Assembly (NCBI GenBank): GCA_964619725.1
Contig: CAZUFC010000020.1
Coordinates: forward strand, 1-54,844
Length of the DNA stretch: 54,844 bases
From: an uncultured bacterium
Lineage (GTDB): Bacteria > CSSED10-310 > CAZUFC01
Reading direction: 5' to 3'
The first letter of the stretch is position 1. Every line of letters begins with the position of its first letter. Shown here one piece after another: positions 45,920 through 54,844 of the stretch. Made by a program: the position numbers and the translations under genes. The notes below the pieces were generated by a model that had not been told where the DNA came from, did no database searches, and worked only from the letters and a program-made list of their open reading frames with translations.

Positions 45920-46837
45920 ATGAGCGCTTACATCATACGTCGACTGTTGCAGCTTCCTTTGATACTCTGGATTATTGCGACGATATCCTTTTTCCTGATG
46001 CGTATGGCGCCCGGGGGACCTTTCGACCTGGAAAAGAAGGTGCCGCCGGAGATTGAACGTAATTTGAAGGCCAAGTACCGACTGGATGAACCTCTGACGG
46101 CTCAGTATTATTATTACATGAAGGACCTTTTGAAGGGAGACCTGGGGCCTTCCTTCAAGTACCGAAACAGAACCGTTGCGGAAATTATCAGACAGAGCTT
46201 TCCCGTCTCTTTAACGCTGGGAGGAATCGCTTTAATCATAGCCTCACTCTTAGGCGTGACCGCCGGCGTCATCGCTGCAGTCCGACAGAACAATTATGTG
46301 GATTACACGGCCATGGCGGTCAGTCTCCTGGGGGTATCCATACCCAATTTCGTCCTGGGTCCGCTCTTTATATTAGTTTTTGTCTTCTATCTGGACCTGC
46401 TTCCCGTCGCGGGTTGGGGGACCGTTTATCATGTAGTCCTTCCCTCGCTCGTTCTCGCCGCCCCTTACGCAGCTTATATCGCGCGCCTGAGTCGAACCGG
46501 CATGCTTGAAGTGATCAGGAAAGATTTTATCCGAACGGCACGTTCCAAGGGATTAAGCGAACGAGACGTGATATTGAAGCATGCTTTGAAGTCTGCAGTA
46601 TTGCCGGTGATTTCTTTTTTAGGACCGGCGACGGCAGGCATTTTTTCAGGAAGCATGGTTGTGGAACAGATATTCAACGTACCGGGCATGGGGACATTTT
46701 TCGTACAGGGAGCGATCAATCGTGACTATACAGTGGTGCTGGGCGTTGGATTGCTTTACGCATCGCTCTTGATCCTGTTCAATCTCGCGGTGGATATCGC
46801 CTATACCTTTATCGATCCGAGGATAGAGCTGAAATGA
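45920..46837 (+). CDS. oppB: Oligopeptide ABC transporter permease
   Basis: YIIRRLL, APGGPF, GDLGPSF, DFIRTARSKGL (EAA loop), KHALK, NRDY, DPRI. Confidence 0.92.
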   Translation: MSAYIIRRLLQLPLILWIIATISFFLMRMAPGGPFDLEKKVPPEIERNLKAKYRLDEPLTAQYYYYMKDLLKGDLGPSFKYRNRTVAEIIRQSFPVSLTLGGIALIIASLLGVTAGVIAAVRQNNYVDYTAMAVSLLGVSIPNFVLGPLFILVFVFYLDLLPVAGWGTVYHVVLPSLVLAAPYAAYIARLSRTGMLEVIRKDFIRTARSKGLSERDVILKHALKSAVLPVISFLGPATAGIFSGSMVVEQIFNVPGMGTFFVQGAINRDYTVVLGVGLLYASLLILFNLAVDIAYTFIDPRIELK

Positions 46838-47832
46838 AACCGAAACGAATATTTTTCGGCGCTTCTGCGATTGCCGTGGTCGCTGCGTTTATAACAGGCA
46901 TTGAAGTGCTGCCTGTCGCCGGGCTTTTCATCCTCTATTCCGGAATTTTGACCGCTGCATTTACCATAAAAGGGCATTCCCTGTGGGCCGATGCCTGGAA
47001 AAGACTGTTGCGCAATAAAGCGGCGACGGCAAGCGGCGTTATCCTGCTTTTTATCTTTACCATAGCTGTCCTGACACCCTGGATAGCCCCCTATGATTAT
47101 TCGGAACAGGACCTCAAAAACCAGTATCAGCCTCCTTCCTCCCAACACTGGTTCGGGACCGACGGCAAAGGTCGCGACCTGATGACCCGCGTGATGTACG
47201 GTGCGAGAATATCATTACTGGTCGGTTTTCTGGCCACGGGCGTCGCCCTGATCATCGGCATTACCTACGGCGCAGTTTCAGGATATGTGGGTGGAAAACT
47301 GGATAACCTCATGATGCGTATTGTCGACATACTCTATTCTCTGCCGTTCATGTTCCTCGTTATCCTGCTGGTGGTTTTTTTCGGCCGTGAAATTTACAAT
47401 CTGTTCATCGCTCTCGGAGCTATTTCATGGCTTACCATGGCCAGAATAACCAGAGGACAGGTCCTGTCCCTGAAGGAAAAAGAATTCATAGAAGCGGGAA
47501 GGGCGTTAGGCGCATCCAGCGCTAAAATTCTGTTTCAGCATTTGATCCCCAACCTCCTCGGGCCTGTTATCGTCTACGCCACATTGACCGTGCCTCGCGT
47601 CATCCTGGAGGAATCCTTTCTGTCGTTCCTGGGGCTGGGCGTTCAACCCCCGCAAGCCAGTTGGGGATCGCTGGCCACAGAAGGCGCCGCAGCAATAAAC
47701 CCCATCGACATATACTGGTGGCTCATTCTGTTCCCGGGACTGGCCCTGGCCCTCACTCTCTTCTCACTTAACTTCCTGGGCGACGGCCTGAGGGATGCCC
47801 TCGACCCCCTCATGAAAGATACCGGCTCCTGA
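46834..47832 (+). CDS. oppC: Oligopeptide ABC transporter permease
   Basis: HWFGTDGKGRDL, GARISL, EFIEAGRALGAS, HLIPN, ESFLSFLGLG, NFLGDGLRDALDP. Confidence 0.92.
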   Translation: MKPKRIFFGASAIAVVAAFITGIEVLPVAGLFILYSGILTAAFTIKGHSLWADAWKRLLRNKAATASGVILLFIFTIAVLTPWIAPYDYSEQDLKNQYQPPSSQHWFGTDGKGRDLMTRVMYGARISLLVGFLATGVALIIGITYGAVSGYVGGKLDNLMMRIVDILYSLPFMFLVILLVVFFGREIYNLFIALGAISWLTMARITRGQVLSLKEKEFIEAGRALGASSAKILFQHLIPNLLGPVIVYATLTVPRVILEESFLSFLGLGVQPPQASWGSLATEGAAAINPIDIYWWLILFPGLALALTLFSLNFLGDGLRDALDPLMKDTGS

Positions 47833-47931
47833 TTCCTTGTAAACACGGATTATCACGGATAAGAGAAGAAGCGATTCGCGAAAATCTTAACCCCCATTAT
47901 ATCAGTCTCCTTTTTTCAGAAAGGTAATTTA

Positions 47932-47962
47932 AATATTTTGTTTCGATTGCGATTGCGATACC
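47932..47962 (-). repeat. Family A repeat, core-only copy
   Basis: Minus strand GGTATCGCAATCGCAATCGAAACAAAATATT. Confidence 0.6.
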
Positions 47963-48470
47963 TATATAGAATGCTCTCGAAAAAAACGATGCAGATTTTG
48001 CCGAAAAGATATTCTGGGGCAAGATACAGAGGATTTCATTACACCCCTTATTCCTGGATATGCTTGAATTTCCCTGTTCTTCGGAACCTGCCTTATTTAT
48101 CCTGCCCTGAAATCTTGACATCAGCGCTTGCGATTCTTAATAAAGAAATGAGATGCTTTCTCCGCCATTGATCCTGGGAATTAATTTCTTAACCGGTCTC
48201 AAAACGAATGCGTCGCATCATTTCGTTCTATCTCTCAAAGCGGGGATATTGCTGTTTGTTTTGCGGAATTTGGAGATCAGGTAAACCTTGGAATTTCCTT
48301 TCAAAAAAAATCCATAATATTGCCTGGTGATCCAATATTTCAAGTTTTCCTGTCTTGCCGCCAGAGGGAACCTGGCTGCATCCGTTATGTAGATTCCGGA
48401 CGGATAGGTTCTTCGTGAACTGTAACGATTAAGAATTTAATTTCCGGAGCTTATTTAAAAGGGGAGTCAG

Positions 48471-51400
48471 ATGAAAAAAAATTTAAAAGTAAGGTTAATG
48501 AACCGTTTCAGCGTTTTAGTCATTGCCGGAATGGCAATTTGTTTACAGGGATTAATTTACTGCGCCGGCGCCGGCGCCGGAGCAGGTACGCGTGATGCTG
48601 CCGGACCGCCTGAACTGGGGGATGCGGTAAAGGTCCACAAGAATATTTTCCGTATTGACGATCAATTCCGTTGTGCTCCCTGGTTGAGCGACTGGGACAA
48701 CGACGGCGACCCGGACCTTCTGGCCGGTACGAGCCATGGCAATATTTTACTGTGTCTGAACAGCGGAACGTCGACTGAACCGCAGTTGGAGGACGGGATT
48801 CAGCTCCAGAGCGGTTACACCACCATTGATGTGGGTTGGCATGCATCTCCGGTGCATATTGACTGGAATGCCGACGGCAAACGCGATCTCTTGTCGGGTG
48901 AGAGCGGCGGTCATGTGCTTTTCTTTGAGAATACCGGTGCGGACGACAATCCGGTTTTTGCATCGGCAGTAACCCTGCAGGCGGGCGGTTCTTCGCTGGA
49001 TGTGGGAAATGAAGCGCATCCCTTTGTCGTGGACTGGAATAACGACGGAAAGGACGATCTGGTCGTGGGCGCATCAAGCGGCCAGGTTCATCTTTTTATA
49101 AATGAGGGAAGCCAGAGTACACCGGTATTAGGCGCCGGCAATCCCATTCAGATGGGGTACAGCGCTATTGACGTGGGTCATGATGCGAAAGCGTGGGTCA
49201 CGGACTGGAACGGCGACGGCAAAAAAGATTTGATAGCGGGAGGCACGACAAAAATTTCTTTATTTGAAAATACAGGAACGGATGCAACTCCCTCTTTTGA
49301 TGCTGAAACCGTGCTGTATGATCAGAATTCGCCGATCATTATCCGCAGCGCGCCGAAATGGACGTTCGGCGACGTTAACGGCGATGCAAAAGAGGACCTG
49401 TTCAACGCAAGCGGATACAGCTATGCGACCTATCATCCCAATAAAGGCACGAATTCAAACCGGATTTACGAGGAATGTCATTATATTCCGGGAACGACTC
49501 CCGGTTCCTTCTACGATAAACTCAAATCACCCCGCATCATAGACTGGGATGAGGACGGACGCAAGGACCTGGTGGTCAATCCGACGGATGCGGCCAGGGA
49601 CCGCCATTACGTCGTGTTCAATACGAATACGGATGCTACGCCTGAATTCGGGAAGCATCTGCTTCTCACCACAACGACCGGCGAACGGGTAGGTTTTTCC
49701 CAGGGATATCACAGCCCTGAAGTGACCGACTGGAACAATGACGGGAAAAAGGACCTGATAGTCAATCGACCGGATAACGGCTCTTCAGGAGATATTTATC
49801 TCTATTTGAACACGGGAGAAAATTACAGTCCGGAATTCGGCGATCCGCAGAAGCTTGTTTCGGGATACCTAGACATCGGACCTCAAAGAACCCTGGGCGT
49901 CACCGTAACGGATTGGAACCAGGACGGCAAGAAGGACATGCTGGTCAGTTCGGAAAAGCACGTAGGACTTGGAAAACTCTCCTATGTTTATCTGAATGTC
50001 GGCACAGACGCATCGCCGGAGTTCGCCGGCGGCACGGCCTTGAAATACGGACCTGCAGGTTATGAAGAGCTGATTCCCGGCGCCTGGATGTCCACACCGC
50101 AGGTTTGGGACTATGAAGAGGACGGAGACCCCGATATCGTCATCAATTCGGGGATTGACCAGGACAAATTGAAACTTTACGTCAACGACGGAACCCCGGG
50201 GAGTCCACATCTGACGGACCAGGGCTACCTGGAGGCCGGTTATGGATTCGTGGACCTGAATTCGCGTTTCATTTTCGATATAGCTGACTGGGATGAAAAC
50301 GGCAAAAAGGACATTCTGGCGGGCGTTTTTCATGGAATGTATTATTTTCCCAACAATCAATCGAATATGACCTCTCCGCAGGAAATTTCGGGTTTCACGG
50401 TATCTTCCGCTTCGGATAACACGGTATCGTTAACCTGGAGCAACCCGCCGGATGACGATTTCGCCGGCGTTCTGATCGTTCGTTCTGAATCGAGCATATC
50501 CTGGAAACCCTCAGACCGTCAGCGCTATCATGTAATACCCGGAGTTGAAGTTTCACCGGGCGTAACCGTTGTCTACAATTCAGACGCAGACCATTCTGCA
50601 ACGCCCTGGACGGATTCGGGCCTCTCGCCGGCTCATACCTACTATTATAAAGCCTTCAGTTACGATGAAATACTTCCGGCTTACAGCTTAAACGGAATTG
50701 AAGTTTCCGCTTTTACTTCCGGCGACACTCCTACTCCCGCCCCGCCGACAGCGACGCCTCTTCCCACCGATACCCCGACTCCCGGCCCGGCAGGACCGCC
50801 CGTATACGACCAACCCCTGGAGATCAAACGGGAAGCCTTCCATATCATCTGGGCCGGATCACCCTGGCCGACCGATTGGGACAAAGACGGTAAAATAGAC
50901 CTGTTGCTCGGTACGGCTCAAGGACGAATCGCGTTTTGCCGGAATATCGGCGCTGAAGAGTCGCCGAAACTGGACGATCAGGTCTGGGTACAGGATGCTT
51001 ACGGCGACTTAAATCCCGGTTACAGTACTTCGCCGGTTCATTTCGATTGGAATGCCGACGGCAAAAGAGACCTTATTATTGGATACAGGGAAGGTGAGGT
51101 CCTCTATTATGAAAACCAGGGCAGCGATTCCTCACCCCTGTTTGAAACAGGAATTCCGCTCCAGGCCGGATATCAAACTCTGGATGTCGGATGGTATTCA
51201 GAACCTTTCGCCGTAGACTGGAACAACGACGGAGTCCATGATCTGCTCGTAGGAGACAGCGAGGGTTATGTTTCCCTGTTCATCAATGTCGGGACAGCAC
51301 AATCCCCCAGCCTCGATGCGGGAATAAGACTATCTAACGGCTATGGAACGATCGACGTCGGCAGAGAAGCGGCGCCCCGCGTCGAAGACTGGAACGGGGA

Positions 51401-53093
51401 CGGAAAAAACGATCTTGTCGTTCTCGGCGATCAAATGGGTTCAGCCAACAATCATCTGTTTTTGTTCGAAAACATCGGTACTAATGAGAATCCGGCATTA
51501 GGTCCGGAAATCGTTCTGTATCACCCTGTCGGCCCGGTCGGCTTCGGCAACAGCGCCGGTTTCGCTTTCGCCGATATGAATAACGACTCAAAAAGAGACC
51601 TGATCCAGGTTCAATGCATGGGCGCTGTTCTGTATTATCCCAACAATGGTACAAACGCCGAAAGACTCTATAAAATAGGCGAATATATACCTGGCAATGA
51701 TCCCACTGATTTTATCTGGCAATTGAAGGTTCCCAGAATAGTCGACTGGGATGAAGACGGATTGAAAGATATATTCATGAATGTGGGCCTTCCTGACCGC
51801 CATTACGTGATATTCAACACGGGAACACAGACGGAACCCAAATTTACCAAAGAATTGAAATTAACAATTACCGCAGGCGGTTCATATTATTGCCCGGAAG
51901 TTACTGATTGGAACAATGACGGGAAAAAGGACGTCCTGACCGTGACAGGCGATCATTATGGACCGGGGGATGTTCTGCTTTTCTTGAACTCGGGAGAAAA
52001 TTACGATTCGGAATTTAACGCTCCCATCAAATTAACCGCCGACGGCGAAGACCTGGGACCAATTCGAACATGCGGCGTGGAAGTTTTCGACTGGAATTCG
52101 GACGGCAAAAAGGACCTCCTGCTCGGTTCGGAACACTATTGGCAGCCGCATGAACAAAGGTACCAGTATGTCTACATAAATCAGGGAACGGATGCCGCAC
52201 CCTTGTTTTCTTCCGGAACATTATTAAGACACGGAACAGGATACGGATACGGAACCCCCATTCACGGGGCAGACCCCAGCAATCCTCATATCTGGGACTA
52301 TGAAGAGGATGGAATATTCGACGTTCTTATGAGGACCGATGAATCCCGTGATTACGTTAGAAAAATTGCGAATACGGGCGTGCCCGGGGCGCCGCAGTTG
52401 GAAGACGAGGGCTTTCTGGAAGCCGTCTACGGTTATGTGGGATCGAACGGGCATTTCATGCATGATATCGTCGATTGGGATGAAGACGGCAAGAAGGACA
52501 TAATATACGGCCGCAGCAACGGTATGTTTTATTTTCCCAATCAGCAGCAGAAAACCACGTCGCCTGACGAAGCGATCGATTTTACGGTTCACGGCGTTTC
52601 TCATCACACGGTTGATCTCACCTGGACGAATCCGCCGGAGGTTGATTTCGGCGGCGTTTTGATCGTGAAGTCTGGATCGTCCATTACCTGGCGGCCTTCG
52701 GACAGACAACATTATCACGTCGTACCCGGCAACCGGGTTTCTCCTGGAGTGGAAATCGTTTATAAAGGAACGGACGATCATTCCGTCACGCCATGGACAG
52801 ATGAAAATGTGCAGCAGGGTTCCACTCAATACTATCGAGCCTTTACCTTCGATTCGGTTCTGCCCTCTTATTCGATCAACGGCGCTGCGACTGAAGCTGA
52901 AATTCCTGCCGATACGCCTACTCCCACAACCACTCCCACGGAAACGCCTGTTCCGCCGACACCAACACTTACCCCTGAACCGTCGCCGCCGCCTATACCC
53001 GCCGTTAACTCTTTCGGCGCCGGACTCCTGACATTGCTGATGGTTTGGGCGTTGCTGAGCGCAGGAATATCGAGGAAGAAAGAGAAATATTGA
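48471..53093 (+). CDS. Secreted FG-GAP/VCBS-repeat surface protein: tandem duplication of [beta-propeller + FN3-like domain], PT linker, IPTL-CTERM-like tail
   Basis: Repeated P...DW(N/D).DGK.DL..G..G.V.L..N.GT...P.F; two ~730-aa halves each ending V.LTW.NPP..DF.GVLIV..WTD..YYY.AF..D; C-terminus IPAVNSFGAGLLTLLMVWALLSAGISRKKEKY. Confidence 0.85.
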   Translation: MKKNLKVRLMNRFSVLVIAGMAICLQGLIYCAGAGAGAGTRDAAGPPELGDAVKVHKNIFRIDDQFRCAPWLSDWDNDGDPDLLAGTSHGNILLCLNSGTSTEPQLEDGIQLQSGYTTIDVGWHASPVHIDWNADGKRDLLSGESGGHVLFFENTGADDNPVFASAVTLQAGGSSLDVGNEAHPFVVDWNNDGKDDLVVGASSGQVHLFINEGSQSTPVLGAGNPIQMGYSAIDVGHDAKAWVTDWNGDGKKDLIAGGTTKISLFENTGTDATPSFDAETVLYDQNSPIIIRSAPKWTFGDVNGDAKEDLFNASGYSYATYHPNKGTNSNRIYEECHYIPGTTPGSFYDKLKSPRIIDWDEDGRKDLVVNPTDAARDRHYVVFNTNTDATPEFGKHLLLTTTTGERVGFSQGYHSPEVTDWNNDGKKDLIVNRPDNGSSGDIYLYLNTGENYSPEFGDPQKLVSGYLDIGPQRTLGVTVTDWNQDGKKDMLVSSEKHVGLGKLSYVYLNVGTDASPEFAGGTALKYGPAGYEELIPGAWMSTPQVWDYEEDGDPDIVINSGIDQDKLKLYVNDGTPGSPHLTDQGYLEAGYGFVDLNSRFIFDIADWDENGKKDILAGVFHGMYYFPNNQSNMTSPQEISGFTVSSASDNTVSLTWSNPPDDDFAGVLIVRSESSISWKPSDRQRYHVIPGVEVSPGVTVVYNSDADHSATPWTDSGLSPAHTYYYKAFSYDEILPAYSLNGIEVSAFTSGDTPTPAPPTATPLPTDTPTPGPAGPPVYDQPLEIKREAFHIIWAGSPWPTDWDKDGKIDLLLGTAQGRIAFCRNIGAEESPKLDDQVWVQDAYGDLNPGYSTSPVHFDWNADGKRDLIIGYREGEVLYYENQGSDSSPLFETGIPLQAGYQTLDVGWYSEPFAVDWNNDGVHDLLVGDSEGYVSLFINVGTAQSPSLDAGIRLSNGYGTIDVGREAAPRVEDWNGDGKNDLVVLGDQMGSANNHLFLFENIGTNENPALGPEIVLYHPVGPVGFGNSAGFAFADMNNDSKRDLIQVQCMGAVLYYPNNGTNAERLYKIGEYIPGNDPTDFIWQLKVPRIVDWDEDGLKDIFMNVGLPDRHYVIFNTGTQTEPKFTKELKLTITAGGSYYCPEVTDWNNDGKKDVLTVTGDHYGPGDVLLFLNSGENYDSEFNAPIKLTADGEDLGPIRTCGVEVFDWNSDGKKDLLLGSEHYWQPHEQRYQYVYINQGTDAAPLFSSGTLLRHGTGYGYGTPIHGADPSNPHIWDYEEDGIFDVLMRTDESRDYVRKIANTGVPGAPQLEDEGFLEAVYGYVGSNGHFMHDIVDWDEDGKKDIIYGRSNGMFYFPNQQQKTTSPDEAIDFTVHGVSHHTVDLTWTNPPEVDFGGVLIVKSGSSITWRPSDRQHYHVVPGNRVSPGVEIVYKGTDDHSVTPWTDENVQQGSTQYYRAFTFDSVLPSYSINGAATEAEIPADTPTPTTTPTETPVPPTPTLTPEPSPPPIPAVNSFGAGLLTLLMVWALLSAGISRKKEKY

Positions 53094-53378
53094 AATGTTG
53101 GACTAAATAGTGACTGTCCATAAACTCGATTCTCGATTCAAAATTTAATGCCGGACAGTCACTGCGGTTTTTGATCAACGAGGACATTTTCATCTGGTTT
53201 TATCTTTCCGATGCCATTGATGAACCTTTCAAGATCGATTCGCTTAAAAGTTACAGGATATGGATTTGAAAAGACGAATTTTTAAAAAGGCGCCGTCTAC
53301 ACCAGTATTATTAAAGTTCGTTTACAAGCCTATGAATTTGATTTAGACCGAATATTTACTGAATTACAGGCCTAACCG

Positions 53379-54844
53379 TTAAAAATTCTGTTCCAGGACA
53401 GCGAATTTTGATTTTAATTTTTCTATTTCGTCGCCTTGTTTTTTTATTATTTCTAAAAGGTAAAGACTTATTCTGTCGTATTTGACTCCGTCAGGTCTCC
53501 CTTCGGCATCATAAATCACCAAGTTTTCCAGGTTCAAGGCATCCAATTCTTCTGCGACGTATCCGATTTCGTATTGTCCGCTCCTTGTATCTGTATATGA
53601 GCGCGGTTGTGCCTTCAGGATGTCCTGAAAGCTTGCTTTTAACGGTTCGATTTTTTCCTTGTAGCGTTCAGACGAGCCGTCATAGTAAAAATCACCTGTA
53701 GCCGTGTCGACGCGCACGTAGTTATAACTGGATGTAGCCGAGAGACCGGCCACGGCCAACGGCGTTCCGGGGGTGTTGGTGCCGATGCCTACATTCATCG
53801 GATAGGATGCATTGCCTATAATGAATTGATTGGCGCTTCCCGCAACCGTTCCTCTTCCAAAAACAAAAGCGTAGGAATGACCGGAGTTGGTAATTTGCGC
53901 CTGGTAACCGAAAGCGGCAGAATATTGGGCGTTTACGTCGGCATCGCAACCCAAGCCGATGGAATAGTTTGCTGAAACGTTTGTTCCTGTGCCTATTGCA
54001 AGCGCTCGCCAGCCGCCGGCATTAGCTCCGCCGAGATTTATCTGTCCGTCATGACTGCCTATAGCAATACCGCCCCAGCCGCCTGCGGCGCTCTGATTGC
54101 CGATCGATATAGCTCCGTCACCCGTAGCACGCGCATTTGATCCATAAGCGGTGGCGGCATAGTTCGGTGAACTGGCCCGGGCGTATGCTCCAATCGCTGA
54201 AGCATATCTCGGTCCTGCATAAGCGTTATGGCCTATGGCAACAGTAGCAGGTCCCGTCATGCCGCTCGAGTGAGAACCATTGGATGTTGCGCCGTTTCCA
54301 ATCGCAACGTTGGGATTGTTCCCGGGAGCCGTAGCCCCGACTCCTATGGCTAAACGGCCGGCTGTCCCTATACGCGTTTCCGCTCCGTCTCCTGAAATTT
54401 GCATATTTCCTTCAACGTGAAGTTTTTCCGAGGGACTGGACGTTCCTATTCCCACAGACTCCGTAGAATTGATGTAATATACTTCCGCTCCCTCTGCAGA
54501 ACCTCCGTTATTGTATATCATTTGAGTATCCGAACCCCCGATTGATCCCGAAGGTCCCTCCGGACCCGTATCTCCCTGCGGGCCTGTCGGACCGGCCAAT
54601 CCCGTATCGCCCTGCGGACCTATCGGACCGGTCGAACCTTGAGGTCCAGTCAATCCCGTAGCGCCATGCGGGCCCATCAGGCCGGTGTCGCCCTGCGGAC
54701 CTGCTATTCCGGTGTCGCCCTGCGGACCCATCGGACCCGTATTTCCTTGCAGTCCCATCGGACCTGTGTCGCCTTGAGGGCCTGCTGTACCGGTGTCGCC
54801 CTGCGGACCCATCGGACCCGTATTTCCTTGCAGTCCCATCGGAC
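53379..54844 (-). CDS. Fibre-like protein, 5'-truncated: collagen G-X-Y repeats, YadA-head-like AIG repeats, C-terminal peptidase S74 chaperone domain
   Basis: (GPQGDT)n; [21 protein letters not shown] repeats; SSERYKEKI...IGYVAEEL...GVKYDRI...coiled coil. Confidence 0.8.
   Translation of the reverse strand, partial: PMGLQGNTGPMGPQGDTGTAGPQGDTGPMGLQGNTGPMGPQGDTGIAGPQGDTGLMGPHGATGLTGPQGSTGPIGPQGDTGLAGPTGPQGDTGPEGPSGSIGGSDTQMIYNNGGSAEGAEVYYINSTESVGIGTSSPSEKLHVEGNMQISGDGAETRIGTAGRLAIGVGATAPGNNPNVAIGNGATSNGSHSSGMTGPATVAIGHNAYAGPRYASAIGAYARASSPNYAATAYGSNARATGDGAISIGNQSAAGGWGGIAIGSHDGQINLGGANAGGWRALAIGTGTNVSANYSIGLGCDADVNAQYSAAFGYQAQITNSGHSYAFVFGRGTVAGSANQFIIGNASYPMNVGIGTNTPGTPLAVAGLSATSSYNYVRVDTATGDFYYDGSSERYKEKIEPLKASFQDILKAQPRSYTDTRSGQYEIGYVAEELDALNLENLVIYDAEGRPDGVKYDRISLYLLEIIKKQGDEIEKLKSKFAVLEQNF
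54709..54844. repeat. Perfect 55-nt direct repeat (period 81 nt) in the collagen-coding region
   Basis: CCGGTGTCGCCCTGCGGACCCATCGGACCCGTATTTCCTTGCAGTCCCATCGGAC at 54709-54763 and 54790-54844. Confidence 0.9.

Noticed and set aside
45920-47832. oppBC without oppA/oppD/oppF as a novel transporter
   Set aside because: Split opp loci are common; the partners are probably elsewhere in the genome
48140-48470. Riboswitch (e.g. c-di-GMP) upstream of the FG-GAP gene
   Set aside because: Some hairpins are possible, but no recognisable consensus was found by eye; an Rfam scan would be needed
48563-48580. GCCGGC-type repeat in the signal region of the FG-GAP gene as a phase-variation tract
   Set aside because: Only about three in-frame 6-nt units; slippage would not shift the reading frame

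Overview
Bacterial chromosomal window, probably from an anaerobic diderm (secretin, IOR/Ptb/Buk fermentation genes); taxonomy cannot be fixed from sequence alone. No rRNA, tRNA, CRISPR or transposase was seen. The most striking locus (619-10959, minus strand) looks like a non-cellulosomal cohesin-dockerin system. It pairs a 1185-aa scaffoldin-like protein (4 Cys-rich cohesin-like domains, 2 CBM-like domains, IPTL-CTERM-like anchor) with a ~2200-aa seven-module beta-helix protein ending in BOTH a dockerin and a cohesin. Housekeeping genes follow: buk-ptb-iorAB, coaE, polA, a group-2-like sigma70, two UbiA/DPPR-synthase paralogues, murI, a B12 radical SAM protein, a PAS histidine kinase, a catalytically altered CtpA, a YibQ-type deacetylase and a UbiB kinase. 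Next is a compact non-canonical type IV pilus cluster (MGQQQLLL-type pilin, PilC, PilB, PilT with altered Asp box, PilM-N fusion, PilO-like, short secretin), followed by a GT-C-like gene apparently split at an A-AAA-AAC site. The window ends with oppBC, a duplicated FG-GAP surface protein and a truncated collagen/YadA-head/peptidase-S74 fibre gene. Non-coding signals include sigma54 and sigma70 promoters, an unannotated 36-aa membrane ORF, a dispersed ~150-bp intergenic repeat family and a saw-tooth local G/C skew. All domain calls are by-eye motif recognition, not database searches.
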